A stretch of 64,000 nt of DNA from a bacterium (GCA_965221165.1 CBDCRP010000003.1:288001-352000), one strand, 5' to 3'. Positions 1 to 10,148 are shown, counted from the first letter of the stretch. The notes: generated from the letters alone by a model not told the origin. Numbers and translations are program-made.

Positions 1-571
1 CCAGGAGGCCGGGACCCAGGATCGCCACGGTGTCGGCGGGCTCTATGCCCGCGCGCTCGATGGCGTGGAGCGCGATGACGACCTGGTTCACGATCACCGC
101 GTCTTCCCACTTCATGGATTCGGGCATCTTGTGGAGGTTGTTCGCCGGCGCGACGCCGTATTCGCTGAACGCGCCGTTCGCCGTGTGGCCCAGCAGCTTG
201 TAGCCGCCGTCCGGCTTCGCGGCGTTCTCGCAGATGTGGTAGTCGCCCCGGATGCAGGTGGCGCACACGCCGCAGCCGACGGTCGGCTCCATGATGACGC
301 GATCGCCTACCTGGAGAGAGGTCTTCGCGCTGCTTCCGATGGCGGCCACCTCCCCCGCCCACTCATGCCCCTGGACGAAGGGATAAAAGGGCGGCCACAT
401 GGGGCGCATGTGCCCCTCGTAGATGTGGATGTCCGTGCCACAGATGCCGCAGGCGGCGACTTTGACCAGCACCTGGTCGGGTTCGTAATCCGGCACGGGA
501 ATCTGCTCGATGCGCACCTCGTGCGCGTCATGCGTGACGGCAGCCTTCATGGTTTCTGGAACATCGCTCAT
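1..571 (-). CDS. Zinc-dependent medium-chain dehydrogenase (MDR family), 3' part outside the window
   Basis: Read manually on the minus strand from ATG at 571: MSDVPETMKAAVTHDAHEVRIEQIPVP...VKVAACGICGTDIH...GHEWAGEV. It has the catalytic Zn Cys, the GHE motif and structural Zn cysteines, with an AGGAG RBS upstream. It is absent from the ORF track because it runs off the window. Confidence 0.9.
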   Translation of the reverse strand, partial: MSDVPETMKAAVTHDAHEVRIEQIPVPDYEPDQVLVKVAACGICGTDIHIYEGHMRPMWPPFYPFVQGHEWAGEVAAIGSSAKTSLQVGDRVIMEPTVGCGVCATCIRGDYHICENAAKPDGGYKLLGHTANGAFSEYGVAPANNLHKMPESMKWEDAVIVNQVVIALHAIERAGIEPADTVAILGPGLL

Positions 572-622
572 CTCACTCCCCTCCTTCGTTTAAGAGGATA
601 TTGATATTGTGTGGGTTCCGGT

Positions 623-1267
623 TCATCCCTTGGGGCTCATTTGCTGGACTTTCCTGTCGAGCCGCTGCATGTCGAACACGTCGTGCGAGCGGCAGTATCC
701 GTTCCCCGCGAGCCTGCCCACGGGCCTGAGCAGAACGGGGTCGATATATTTTCCGTCTTCTATCATCACGTCCTCGCGCACGTGCCAGCGCACCACCTCG
801 CCGATAATGACGTTCGTGAGGTGTTCGCGCCCGTTCGTGATGAGGTGGCGGAACTTACATTCCATGGCCACGGGGGCCTCGGCGATGCGCGGGGCCTTCA
901 CCAGGTCGGAATCCACCGGCGTCAGGCCCGACTCTTCGAATTCGCTCACCTCGAAGGGGTAGTCGTCCGCGCAGATGTTCATCTGCTCCTCCAGGCCGTC
1001 CACCACGGTGTGGATGACGTAGCCTTGCGTCTCCATGATGTTGCGCGCCGTGTCCTTGTACGCTTTTTCGCGCACGCCCACCGATATCGAGAGCAGGGGC
1101 GGGTCGTGGCCCACGCAGGTGAAAAAGCTGAAGGGTGCGAGGTTCACGTAGCCCTCCGCGCTGATGGTGCTCACCCAGGCGATGGGCCTCGGCACGACGG
1201 AGCCGACGAGCAGGCGATAGTTCTGCCGCCAGTGGTTATCGGCGGGGTCGATGGTTTTGTATTTCAT
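623..1267 (-). CDS. Flavin reductase-like FMN-binding split-barrel protein (DIM6/NTAB family)
   Basis: Motifs YRLLVGSVVPRPIAWVST...NLAPFSFF...KDTARNI...APRIAEAPVAMEC...VGRLAGNGY. Start placed at MKYKTIDP, downstream of a CAGGAG RBS. Confidence 0.9.
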   Translation of the reverse strand: MKYKTIDPADNHWRQNYRLLVGSVVPRPIAWVSTISAEGYVNLAPFSFFTCVGHDPPLLSISVGVREKAYKDTARNIMETQGYVIHTVVDGLEEQMNICADDYPFEVSEFEESGLTPVDSDLVKAPRIAEAPVAMECKFRHLITNGREHLTNVIIGEVVRWHVREDVMIEDGKYIDPVLLRPVGRLAGNGYCRSHDVFDMQRLDRKVQQMSPKG

Positions 1268-1327
1268 GAGTCTTTCATGCTCCTGTCGATGTGAACCCAT
1301 GAGCGCGCTCATCACGCGCATGAAAAA

Positions 1328-1735
1328 TCAAACGGGCGGAGCGAGATGTTCCACCACCGTAAAACACGCCCCCTGCGGGTCCATGAGTCCCCCGATCCTC
1401 ATTTTGTCCTCGATTTCCAGGGTATCGAACGTCGATTGGGGCCCCAGACCCCTTGCTTTTTCGAGTGCTGCGCCCAGGTTCTCCACCTGAAAATACACCC
1501 CCCGGTGCGATGGCATCTCGCCCCTATCGGGCCGGATTTCGAGCATTCCTGCGCGCGGCTCCTCGCCGCTCATGAAAACCGTGTAGTCCCCGCCCACGGC
1601 GTTCGGCACGATGCTCGTCGTCCAGCCGAACAGGGAAGTGTAGAAATCCTTTGCGACGCCTGCGTCCCGCGCCACCAGGTCGGCCCGGCAGAAACTCCCC
1701 GGCGCGTATTCTTTCTGCTCTGACACGAATTTCAT
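1328..1735 (-). CDS. VOC/glyoxalase family protein
   Basis: PGSFCRADL...AKDFYTSLFGW...VYFQVENL...DPQGA pattern. Exact start uncertain. Confidence 0.85.
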   Translation of the reverse strand: MKFVSEQKEYAPGSFCRADLVARDAGVAKDFYTSLFGWTTSIVPNAVGGDYTVFMSGEEPRAGMLEIRPDRGEMPSHRGVYFQVENLGAALEKARGLGPQSTFDTLEIEDKMRIGGLMDPQGACFTVVEHLAPPV

Positions 1736-1899
1736 TCCTCCATTGATCACGGCGAACGACACGAACCCTATTCCTCACTTTAGAACGGCGAACAACGACC
1801 CGGCATGATGCCTTTCGCGAAAGGCCACTCAAAAACTGCTACAGCCCTCTGGGAGTCGGCGAAAAATCATAGCGCGAAGCGGTGGCGGCGAACAAGCGC

Positions 1900-4038
1900 T
1901 CAAACACCCTCGTCGTATTCATAGCGCAGGCCGTCGGGCTCATCGGGATCGGCGAGACGCGAGGCGGGGCCCGATGCTTCACCGCTTGCCTCCGGGGGTT
2001 CGATCGCCTCTTCTTCCAGCAGCCAGCGCTCATACAATTCCTCGGGCAATTCCTCCACATATCTCGAAAGCCTCGAGAACGCGCCCATCTTCCACGCCTC
2101 GCTCTCGAGCATGGGCTGGCACATGTAGAGTTCGTCCTTCGCCCGCGTGAGGGCGACGTAGAAAAGCCGCCTCTCCTCTTCTTCCCCCTCGGGGTCGGCC
2201 AGCGACCGCGTCGAGGGGAAGCGGGTGTCGGTGAGCCAGAGGAGGAACACCACCTTCCACTCGAGACCCTTCGCCTGGTGAACCGAGCTTAAGACGATGG
2301 ACTCATCCGGCCCCTCACGCTCATCAGGCGCGGAGGGTCCTGTGGCGGCGGCTGTTCCCATGAGCGCCAGTTCGGATAAAAACGCCGTCGTCGCCTCGTA
2401 CTGCATGGCGAATTCCGCGAGTTGGCGCACGTCCTCTATGCGCGCTTCGGCGTCGTCGAAAGTGTTCTCGACGTAATCCTGATAAAACCGATCAAGCACG
2501 AGGTTTATCATCTCCGTCGGCGGGAGGGCGGCTTTCTCGATCCCGGCGGCTGCGCGGGGCGCGCCCGTGAGATCGGCGACCAGCTTTCTGAAAACCTCAA
2601 AACCCTTGCGCGCGTTCCTGGGGAGGGAACCCACCCCGCCGCGCGCGAGAAACAAGAAGGGCTCCGCCTGCGCCCTCACCTGCTCCCAGACCCTGTGCGC
2701 CGTCACGTCCCCTACCCCGGGAAGGAGCTTGAGCGCGCGCTTCCAGGCCAATTCGTCCGCAGGGGAGGTCACCAGCCTGAGAAACGCAGTGACGTCCTTG
2801 ATGTGGCGCTGCTCGAAAAAGCGCAGCCCGCTCCTGATCTCGAAGGGAATCCCCCGGCGCGTGAGCTCCATCTGAAGCTCCATGGAGTGGTAGTGCGCCC
2901 GGTAGAGCACCGCGATCTGGGAGAGCGGCACGTCATCCTCATCGCGCAGCGCCAGCGTTCGGTCGACCACGAAGTCGGCCTGTTGCATGGCGTCGCGCGC
3001 GGCCACGAGAGCGGGCTTCATTCCCTCGCCGCGAGAGGTTTTCAGGTTTTTCTTGAACTGCCGTTTGTTGTGGACGATGGAGGCGTTGGCAAGCGCCAAT
3101 ATGGAGGCCGTGCTCCTGTAGTTTTCCTCCAGGCGAAAGAGCCTGGCGTCTGGGTATCGCTCGGGAAAAGTGATGATGTTCTCGAAATGCGCGCCCCTGA
3201 AACTATAGATGCTCTGCGCGTCGTCCCCCACCACGGTGACGTTTTTCAGCTCTCCGGCCAGATGGTCCACCAGGTCGGCCTGCACCTTGTTGGTGTCCTG
3301 GTATTCATCCACGAGGATGTAGCGAAAACGCGCCTGGAGTTCTCTGCGCACCTCCTCGTGTTCGGCGAGTAAATCCCGCGTCAGCCTGAGGAGGCCTGAG
3401 AAATCCACCGCCTGAATCTCTTTTTTACGCTTCTCATAATGGACGGCGATTTGCTCTATCTCGCCCAGGCGGTTCGCCAGGTATGAATACCGGCCCAGCA
3501 CCGTCTCCGCAACGCCGCGATCGGTATCGGCGGCGAGGGCGAAGATCGACTCCAGAACGCGGCCTCTCGGGAAATACTTGTCCTTCGGGTCGAACCCCGC
3601 GAGGCGAACGCACTCGGTCACCAGGTCGGCTGCGTCCTCACGGTCCAGTATCGTGAAATTCGGCCCGTAGCCGATGAGTTCTCCATACCGCCTCAGTATT
3701 AAATTCCCCACGTGGTGAAACGTGCCGCCCCACACGCGCCGCGCGTCCGTCTGGATGAGGGAGGCGGCGCGGTGGAGCATCTCGCGCGCCGCTTTGTTCG
3801 TGAAGGTGACGAGGAGGATGGATTCGGGCGCGACGCCGTCTTCCACCAGGCGCGCGAGGCGGTAGGTGATGGTGTGCGTCTTGCCGCTGCCCGCGCCCGC
3901 GATGACGAGAAGCGGGCCCTCGCCCGCCATCACGACTTCCAGTTGCCGGGGGTTGAGCTTTTCTTCATACGCCTTGCGTTGCGCAGGCGATGGCGCGGGG
4001 CGTTTGAGCGTGTATGTCCTGTGCTCTCTCGCACTCAT
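1900..4038 (-). CDS. pcrA: ATP-dependent DNA helicase, UvrD/PcrA family
   Basis: SF1A motifs AGAGSGKT, LVDEYQDTN, VGDDAQSIYSFRGA, LEENYRS, VHQAKGLEW and EEERRLFYVALTRA. Confidence 0.93.
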   Translation of the reverse strand: MSAREHRTYTLKRPAPSPAQRKAYEEKLNPRQLEVVMAGEGPLLVIAGAGSGKTHTITYRLARLVEDGVAPESILLVTFTNKAAREMLHRAASLIQTDARRVWGGTFHHVGNLILRRYGELIGYGPNFTILDREDAADLVTECVRLAGFDPKDKYFPRGRVLESIFALAADTDRGVAETVLGRYSYLANRLGEIEQIAVHYEKRKKEIQAVDFSGLLRLTRDLLAEHEEVRRELQARFRYILVDEYQDTNKVQADLVDHLAGELKNVTVVGDDAQSIYSFRGAHFENIITFPERYPDARLFRLEENYRSTASILALANASIVHNKRQFKKNLKTSRGEGMKPALVAARDAMQQADFVVDRTLALRDEDDVPLSQIAVLYRAHYHSMELQMELTRRGIPFEIRSGLRFFEQRHIKDVTAFLRLVTSPADELAWKRALKLLPGVGDVTAHRVWEQVRAQAEPFLFLARGGVGSLPRNARKGFEVFRKLVADLTGAPRAAAGIEKAALPPTEMINLVLDRFYQDYVENTFDDAEARIEDVRQLAEFAMQYEATTAFLSELALMGTAAATGPSAPDEREGPDESIVLSSVHQAKGLEWKVVFLLWLTDTRFPSTRSLADPEGEEEERRLFYVALTRAKDELYMCQPMLESEAWKMGAFSRLSRYVEELPEELYERWLLEEEAIEPPEASGEASGPASRLADPDEPDGLRYEYDEGV

Positions 4039-4300
4039 CTTAATACTCTCTGGTGGAGTTCAGGCCCGGAGCCATCGTCCAGTAATGCGCGAATAGATAT
4101 CTCATCTGCCCGATTCATATTCTCTCATGGGGCTTCACGCCGGGCATCCTCCGGCGATGCGCGGATGAGGCCTGGCGACATTGATTTCAGCACCTTAACG
4201 CTTATTGGTGAAACGGCCCAACTACCCATCCGGTTGACAGGCGAACGGCTCCAAAGATAAGGTGTGTCCATACACAAACATCACAGGCTGGAGCGTTCTG

Positions 4301-4492
4301 ATGGGCGGATACCAGACATTCCTCGACGGAGCGGCGCTGGGCTTTTTCCTGGGTTTCATCGCCTGTTATCTGCTGCACCGCTACATGGCGTCGAAGCGGA
4401 AAAAACCAAAAACCGAGGTCGACCACCTCGTAGATGACATTCAGGACTACTACCGGAACGTCTCCGACCCCGAAGGCAAGGACTACGACTGA
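4301..4492 (+). CDS. Small hypothetical membrane protein
   Basis: One hydrophobic segment (GAALGFFLGFIACYLL) followed by a basic stop-transfer (KRKKPK). GGAG RBS before ATG 4301 and a TTGACA upstream. Confidence 0.6.
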   Translation: MGGYQTFLDGAALGFFLGFIACYLLHRYMASKRKKPKTEVDHLVDDIQDYYRNVSDPEGKDYD

Positions 4493-4534
4493 GCCGCGTG
4501 CTCACCCCGCGCCGGCGACCTCGCGGTCGCCACT

Positions 4535-5191
4535 TCAAATATAGGGCAAATACGAATTTCGCTCCGAGACGGGCGCGTCCTGAAGGTGCGCCAGCGAATT
4601 CATCGTCACGACGCTCCAGCCCCGCTCGGGCGAATGCTCGATGATGTTCATGGCGGCATTGTGCTGACGTATCCGTCTGAAGCCGTTGAGCTCCACGCCC
4701 AGAATCCTGCACAGGATCATGATGATCGCCAGATTGTGGCTCACCGCGGCGATAGTCTCGTTTTCGTGCGCCGCCAGGAACCGTCCCATCGCGGCCCATG
4801 CCCTCTCTTGTAACTCCGCGAGATTCTCGCCTCCGGGCATACGCGCTTCTGCGGGATAGTTCCGCCACACGTGCATGAAATCGGGGTGCGTCTCTGGAAG
4901 CCGGCGAAAGGCCTCCCCCTCGAGTTCGCCCTGGTTCAGCTCGGCGATGCCCGCCTCCTCGAACAAGGGCGCATCGAGGGCTTGCGCGACGATCTCGGCG
5001 GTGCGCCTCGCGCGCCTCAGCGGACTCGCGTAGACGCAGGCGATCGGACGCCCGCGCAGCGTGCAGGCGAGCGCTTCGGCCTGCGTGACGCCCACGTCGT
5101 TGAGCGCGGTGTCGGAAACACCCTGTATGCGCTGCTCGACGTTCCAGTCCGTCTCGCCGTGTCGCAAGAGATAAAGAAGCAAAGCGGTCAA
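4535..5191 (-). CDS. Histidine phosphatase family protein (GpmB/CobC-like)
   Basis: RHGETDWN, SPLRRA, ELNQGELEG, PGGE and VSH motifs. Confidence 0.9.
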   Translation of the reverse strand: MTALLLYLLRHGETDWNVEQRIQGVSDTALNDVGVTQAEALACTLRGRPIACVYASPLRRARRTAEIVAQALDAPLFEEAGIAELNQGELEGEAFRRLPETHPDFMHVWRNYPAEARMPGGENLAELQERAWAAMGRFLAAHENETIAAVSHNLAIIMILCRILGVELNGFRRIRQHNAAMNIIEHSPERGWSVVTMNSLAHLQDAPVSERNSYLPYI

Positions 5192-5226
5192 ACTCCGGTG
5201 GGGGCGACGCCCGGGCGAGGGTCGCC

Positions 5227-5790
5227 TTAGTTGTTGTCCTCTTTCAAGAAATCATCGGGCTTCAAGTCCTTGAGCCACTCCTTGATGTCCTCGGGCTCCT
5301 CCTCGACCGGCTTGTCCGCATCGGGGGGCTTGTCCTCCCTGTTGCGCGCCTCCACTCCGGAGACGCCCTCTTTGATTTCCTCTTCGTTGAACTGGATGCT
5401 CTTCGCCTCCTCGAGCACCTTCTCCTCCACGAATATCGGGCTGCCCATGCGAAGGGCCACGGCGATGGCGTCCGAGGGCCTCGAGTCGACGACGAATTCC
5501 GAGCCGTTCATGGAGAGATGAATCTCGGCGAAAAAGGTATTGTCCCTCAAGTCGTTGATGAGGATTTTATCCACCCGGCCTTTGATGTCGTTGATCAGGT
5601 TCTTGATCAAATCGTGGGTCATCGGACGCGGCGTCTCGAAGTTCTCGATCTCGCGCGCGATGGCGTGCGCCTCGAAAATGCCCACCCAGATGGGCAGTGC
5701 GCGATCACCCTCGGTCTCGCGCAGAACCACAATCGGCACATTGGTGTGCGGATCGAGCGTGAGGCCCTTGACTTTCATCTCGATCATCAT
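5227..5790 (-). CDS. Bifunctional nuclease family protein (DUF151)
   Basis: LPIWVGIFEAHAI, RPMTHDL and DSRPSDAIAVALR motifs. Overlaps the miaB stop codon. Confidence 0.92.
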   Translation of the reverse strand: MMIEMKVKGLTLDPHTNVPIVVLRETEGDRALPIWVGIFEAHAIAREIENFETPRPMTHDLIKNLINDIKGRVDKILINDLRDNTFFAEIHLSMNGSEFVVDSRPSDAIAVALRMGSPIFVEEKVLEEAKSIQFNEEEIKEGVSGVEARNREDKPPDADKPVEEEPEDIKEWLKDLKPDDFLKEDNN

Positions 5791-7214
5791 TCGTCTTCCT
5801 CCATCACCACGGCGCTTGGCGACGATACTCCGGCCAAAGAGTGAATGCCACCCCTCATGATTTTCACCTCGACCAACTCCCCGGGCGCAGGCGTAAAACC
5901 CTCTGCGTATAATTGTACCCTGTGATTGCCTCGGCTGCGACCCGCAAACCAGTTCGGAGCCGACTCATCCCCCACCTCCGGGCAGCCGGCGCATCCGGCG
6001 GGCGCGCTTTTGGGCGTCACCGACCGCTCGACCATCACCTCCTGCACACTCCCGACGAGTTCTGCATGCAGGCTTTCCGTCATCTCGCGCTGCACCCGGC
6101 TCGCCTCCTCGAAGCGCTCGGAGAGCGCCTCTTCGGGAAGCGTACCCTCCATGTCGAAGGCGGGCGTTCCGGGCCGGGGGGAGTATTTGAACATATAGAT
6201 GTTGTCGTAGCGCGCCTCGCGCAAAACGCGGAGCGTACCCTCGAAATCCTCTTCCCGCTCGCCGGGAAAACCGATGATGACGTCCGAAGTCAACACCCCG
6301 TTCTTCACGCGCTCCCTGAACAGGGAGACTTTTTCAAGATATTCTTCCGCCGTATATCCGCGCTCCATGCGCGCGAGCACCGGGTTCGCCCCCGATTGCA
6401 CCGGCAGGTGGAGGTGTTCGCACACCTTGGGGGATTTCCCCATGGCGTCGACCATATCCTCATCGCAATCCTTGGGATGCGACGTCATGAAGCGGATGCG
6501 TTCGAGCCCGTCCACGTCGTTCAGGCGCCTGAGCAGCCCGCCGAAGGTAAGATCGTCCGGGGATTTGCGGCCATAGGAGTTCACGTTCTGGCCCAGGAGC
6601 GTGACCTCGCGAAACCCCTCGGCCACCGCGCGTTCGACCTCGTCCACGATGAGTTCGCTCGGCTTGCTCCACTCGGGCCCGCGCGTGTAGGGCACGACGC
6701 AGAAGGTGCAGAAATTATCGCACCCGCGCGCGATGCTCACGAAGGCGTTCAGGCCGCCGCCGCGGACCATCGGCGCGAGTTCGGTGAAATCAGGCGCGAT
6801 AGGCGCGGTATCCACCACGCGCCTCTCCTCCATCTCCTCCAAAAGCATCGGGAGTTTGGCGATGTTCTGGGTGCCGAAGACGAGGTCGACCGCTTTCCCG
6901 CGCTTCGCAATCGCCTCCCCGTCGCGCGTGGCGAAACAGCCGCACACGCCGACTTTGAGGGCGGGGTTTGATTTCTTGAGCTTATCGAGGCGCCCGATTT
7001 GGCTATAGACCTTCTGCTCCGCCTTGTCGCGGATGGAGCAGGTGTTCAGCAGAATCAGATCGGCCGCCTCGTTCGATTCGGTCTCCTCGTACCCCTCCGC
7101 TTGGAGATACCCGGTGATGGTCTCCGTATCGTAGCGATTCATCTGGCAGCCGTATGTGAAAATCTTGAACTTCTTGCTCAAAGCGCGCTCCCCGTCGTGT
7201 TCCCGGTCCGGCAA
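5787..7214 (-). CDS. miaB: tRNA-2-methylthio-N6-isopentenyladenosine synthase (radical SAM methylthiotransferase)
   Basis: TYGCQMN, LNTCSIRDKAEQK, GCDNFCTFCVVPYTRG, LLGQNVNSYG, HLPVQSG and a C-terminal TRAM domain. Confidence 0.95.
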   Translation of the reverse strand: MPDREHDGERALSKKFKIFTYGCQMNRYDTETITGYLQAEGYEETESNEAADLILLNTCSIRDKAEQKVYSQIGRLDKLKKSNPALKVGVCGCFATRDGEAIAKRGKAVDLVFGTQNIAKLPMLLEEMEERRVVDTAPIAPDFTELAPMVRGGGLNAFVSIARGCDNFCTFCVVPYTRGPEWSKPSELIVDEVERAVAEGFREVTLLGQNVNSYGRKSPDDLTFGGLLRRLNDVDGLERIRFMTSHPKDCDEDMVDAMGKSPKVCEHLHLPVQSGANPVLARMERGYTAEEYLEKVSLFRERVKNGVLTSDVIIGFPGEREEDFEGTLRVLREARYDNIYMFKYSPRPGTPAFDMEGTLPEEALSERFEEASRVQREMTESLHAELVGSVQEVMVERSVTPKSAPAGCAGCPEVGDESAPNWFAGRSRGNHRVQLYAEGFTPAPGELVEVKIMRGGIHSLAGVSSPSAVVMEEDE

Positions 7215-7381
7215 CCCGTTTTGCGATACACTTTATCGATGCCGGCCCTCAAGAGATTCTTGCGGGTCATATTGCGAGGGCGCGTTTTCGATGTCAACTT
7301 ACAAGATGGAAAAGACGCACCGATTCTGATAAGGCTGTCGAGGGTTTACGCTTTCGTTTCTCTTCAAAATCGAGAATTCCC

Positions 7382-7945
7382 ATGCGCGTGGTTTGTTTTC
7401 ATGGAAGACGGGAAATCGGCGGAGAGAGTCTTTTTCTGGGCGCGGCGCGCATCTTCGCCGAAGCGGCCAACCGCGCGGGGCTTTCGGCCCAGGTGCGCAC
7501 GCCCGGCTTCCCCTCGCCCCCGGGCTCGCCCGACAGGGCTGTGGTGAAGATTTCTGAAGAACAACTCGCCGACCTCGCCATCCCGGCGGACTATGATCTC
7601 GAAATCGTCTGCGACCCCCACCTCGCCGTCGTACCCCCCATGGGGGGCGCCCTCAAAAAACCCGGCGGCGTACTCGTCCTCAACACAAAAAACGCCACCC
7701 AAAGCGCGGATATCCGCATCGCATCGGTGGATTTGGACGCCATCGGCTCAAAACACGCCGCAGCCCCCGAGGCGGCGCACCTGGGCGCGGCCCTGGCCGC
7801 CTGGGAGGAGTTCGAGAGAGGGGTTTCCGCTCAAAACCTCATCGAGGCGTATCGCGAAATTCAAGGGAAACCCATGCGCGAGGCGGAAGAGGCGGCGCTG
7901 GCCGAAGCCGCTTGGATGGTGAGAAGAGCGTTGAGCGACGGGTAG
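7382..7945 (+). CDS. Divergent 2-oxoacid:acceptor oxidoreductase gamma-subunit-like protein
   Basis: FHGR...AARIFAEAA..AG..AQ...AVVKISEE..., GALKKPGGVLVLNT and AAHLGAALAA resemble PorC/gamma domains, but the GRGGQG motif is degenerate. Confidence 0.6.
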   Translation: MRVVCFHGRREIGGESLFLGAARIFAEAANRAGLSAQVRTPGFPSPPGSPDRAVVKISEEQLADLAIPADYDLEIVCDPHLAVVPPMGGALKKPGGVLVLNTKNATQSADIRIASVDLDAIGSKHAAAPEAAHLGAALAAWEEFERGVSAQNLIEAYREIQGKPMREAEEAALAEAAWMVRRALSDG

Positions 7946-8164
7946 CGAGAATTCGGCTTGAGCGAGAGGCGATTTTTCGCCCGGCATCCACCCTTTTTTT
8001 ACTTAATCCGCCCGTTTTCCGTTGACCGCCCCTCGGCGCAAAGTGTAGTTTGTGCGCGTCATAACCCCGCCCCGGAACGAGAAGAGAGCGCCCGACACAT
8101 TTTCGGCGCGCCCAAGCGCGGTTTTCACCATCGACACCCGCCCCAAGGAAAACGGAAAACCCGG

Positions 8165-9409
8165 ATGAAACGACTCCCGCGCATAGGCGCGCCCTGCGTC
8201 TTGCTCATGACCATCCTGGTTTCAGGGTGTTCTTCGGTTCACCAGAATTTTCTCATCCGCCTCCTCACGCCCAAGCGGTTCGAGATCGGCCTCTGGGTGC
8301 AGGCGGAAGGCGCGAACAGAACCCTCGATAGTGCCGAAAAAATCAAAGCGCTCGTGAAGCGCGCGCGCGCCGCCGGGGTCACGGACATTTATGCGCAAGT
8401 CTATCGCTCGGGCCGTGCATGGTTCCCCACGAATCTCGCCGATGATTCCCCCGCAAAGCGGGCGGGGCAAGACCCGCTGGCGCTCCTGCTCACCCTGGCA
8501 TCCCGAGGGGAGGAATGCGATTGCCCCATCAGGGTCCACGCCTGGATCAACGCATTCGCCCTGGCGAGAAACAAAAAAGCGCCCATCCTCCGTCAACTCG
8601 GGAGGCAGGCCGTGCTCAAGGATCAATACGGGCGCTCCCTGCTCGAATATCCCCTTTCGGGAAAACCCGAGTGGGCGAAAGGCTTCGGCCTGGGGACGCC
8701 CGGAATTTTTCTCGACCCGGGCAATTTGGGCGTGCGGGGGCGCATCATCGACGTCACGGCGGCGTTGGTGCGCAATTATCCGGGCCTTGCGGGAATACAT
8801 CTCGACTTCATCCGCTATCCCTATGCGCTTCCCATATCGCCGGGTTCGCGTTTCTCCCCGCGTCTTGATTTCGGCTACAACGAGGCTTCCGTCGCCCGGT
8901 TCGAGCGAAAGACCAAAAAAACCGCCCCGCGCGCAGGAGCAAGCGTAAAGAGCGCGGACGGTGCGGCATGGGATGAGTGGAGGCGCGCGCAAGTGACGGC
9001 GGCGGTTCGCGGCGTTCATAAAACAACTAGAAGTTTAAGGAGACAAGTAATTGTTTCCGCTGCTGTTCTTCCCTGGGCGGAACGAGCCTATCTCTCCGCG
9101 TTTCAGGACTGGCGCACCTGGCTCGAACGCGGATTTCTGGATAAGGCCATCGTGATGAATTACACCACCGACGCGCGGCTGGCCGCTCAAATCAGCCGAA
9201 GCACGGTTGCTTCGAAGATGGTGAAGACATCGAATCCGCGCGCGCCCAGGGTCGTCATCGGCCTGGGTGCGTATCTGTTCACCAGCCGTCCGGAGGGTCT
9301 TTGGCGTGAATGGCGCGCCGCCCGAAAGGCCGGTGCCGACGGCGTTGCCCTCTTCTCATACGATCAGATGGTCGAAAACGATGCGATATGGAAATTTCCC
9401 GTCCGGTGA
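8165..9409 (+). CDS. GHL10/DUF187 (YddW/DigH-like) glycoside hydrolase lipoprotein
   Basis: Lipobox ILVSGC; motifs IYAQV, DPLALL, IRVHAWIN, FLDPG, GIHLDFIRYP and FQDWRTWL..G.LD. Confidence 0.85.
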   Translation: MKRLPRIGAPCVLLMTILVSGCSSVHQNFLIRLLTPKRFEIGLWVQAEGANRTLDSAEKIKALVKRARAAGVTDIYAQVYRSGRAWFPTNLADDSPAKRAGQDPLALLLTLASRGEECDCPIRVHAWINAFALARNKKAPILRQLGRQAVLKDQYGRSLLEYPLSGKPEWAKGFGLGTPGIFLDPGNLGVRGRIIDVTAALVRNYPGLAGIHLDFIRYPYALPISPGSRFSPRLDFGYNEASVARFERKTKKTAPRAGASVKSADGAAWDEWRRAQVTAAVRGVHKTTRSLRRQVIVSAAVLPWAERAYLSAFQDWRTWLERGFLDKAIVMNYTTDARLAAQISRSTVASKMVKTSNPRAPRVVIGLGAYLFTSRPEGLWREWRAARKAGADGVALFSYDQMVENDAIWKFPVR

Positions 9410-9445
9410 CTCCGCCGCCCCCTTCGGGAAACAGGCATTTCGTGC

Positions 9446-9474
9446 TTGCCCAAAATGGCGTCGAAAGCTATAAT
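9446..9474 (+). promoter_or_regulatory. Sigma70-type promoter for the HU gene
   Basis: TTGCCC (9446-9451), 17 nt spacer, TATAAT (9469-9474). Confidence 0.7.
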
Positions 9475-9629
9475 TCCCTTGGAAAAACGTGATTCCCCGC
9501 CCCGATCGCTCATTTCGCCCCCACATAATTTTGATTTTTATTTGTGAATGCAGTTGCACCAGACAGACAAGACCTTAGTGCGCACTCGCCGCCCGGGAAC
9601 CGCTCAAGGCGAAAAAGGAGAAGAACAAC

Positions 9630-9902
9630 ATGAACAAAGGCGAACTCGCAGATGCCATCGCGGCGCAAACGGACTTGAGCAAATCGAACGCCCAAGGCGT
9701 GATCAACGCATTCGTGGGAGCCGTAACCTCGGCTCTCAAGAGTGGGGACAAGGTGACGCTCACGGGCTTCGGTACGTTCAGCACCTCCAGGCGGGCGGCC
9801 CGCAAGGGGCGCAACCCCAGAACGGGTGAGGAGATTGACGTGAAGGCGGCCACGGTGCCGAAATTCAAGGCGGGCGCAGGCCTCAAAGCCTCTATAAGCT
9901 AA
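9630..9902 (+). CDS. hup: DNA-binding protein HU
   Basis: MNKGELADAIA...GFGTF...RKGRNPRTGEEI...VPKFKAG, with an AAGGAG RBS. Confidence 0.97.
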   Translation: MNKGELADAIAAQTDLSKSNAQGVINAFVGAVTSALKSGDKVTLTGFGTFSTSRRAARKGRNPRTGEEIDVKAATVPKFKAGAGLKASIS

Positions 9903-9969
9903 GAGGGTCGAGCCGATGGACGAAGCAACAGGCCCCAAGGCTCCATGAACCGGCCGCAGTCGCACTGAA

Positions 9970-10021
9970 ACTCCAGGACCGGCCGGCCCCTGGAGTCGAA
10001 CGAGGGGTATCCCCTCGTTCG
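9970..10021. terminator. Two adjacent GC-rich hairpins downstream of hup, between convergent genes
   Basis: ACTCCAGG/CCTGGAGT (9970-9996) and CGAACGAGGGG-TAT-CCCCTCGTTCG (9997-10021). No U-tract follows. Confidence 0.5.
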
Positions 10022-10148
10022 GGGGGCTATGGTAAAAGGATGTTCTTGCCCCATTAAACCGACGGGGCAAGATGGAAATGCGTTATTTGGGGTTTGACTG
10101 AGAACAACATCTTTGATGATTCGATTCGTTCCGAGAAAGCGAGAGAAA

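Noticed and set aside
65-604. 179-aa plus-strand ORF
   Set aside because: It is a shadow of the minus-strand Zn-dehydrogenase, which has clear family motifs.
9903-10040. Possible ncRNA (SRP, 6S or tRNA) after hup
   Set aside because: There are two hairpins but no cloverleaf and no recognisable SRP or 6S motifs. Kept only as a terminator-like structure.
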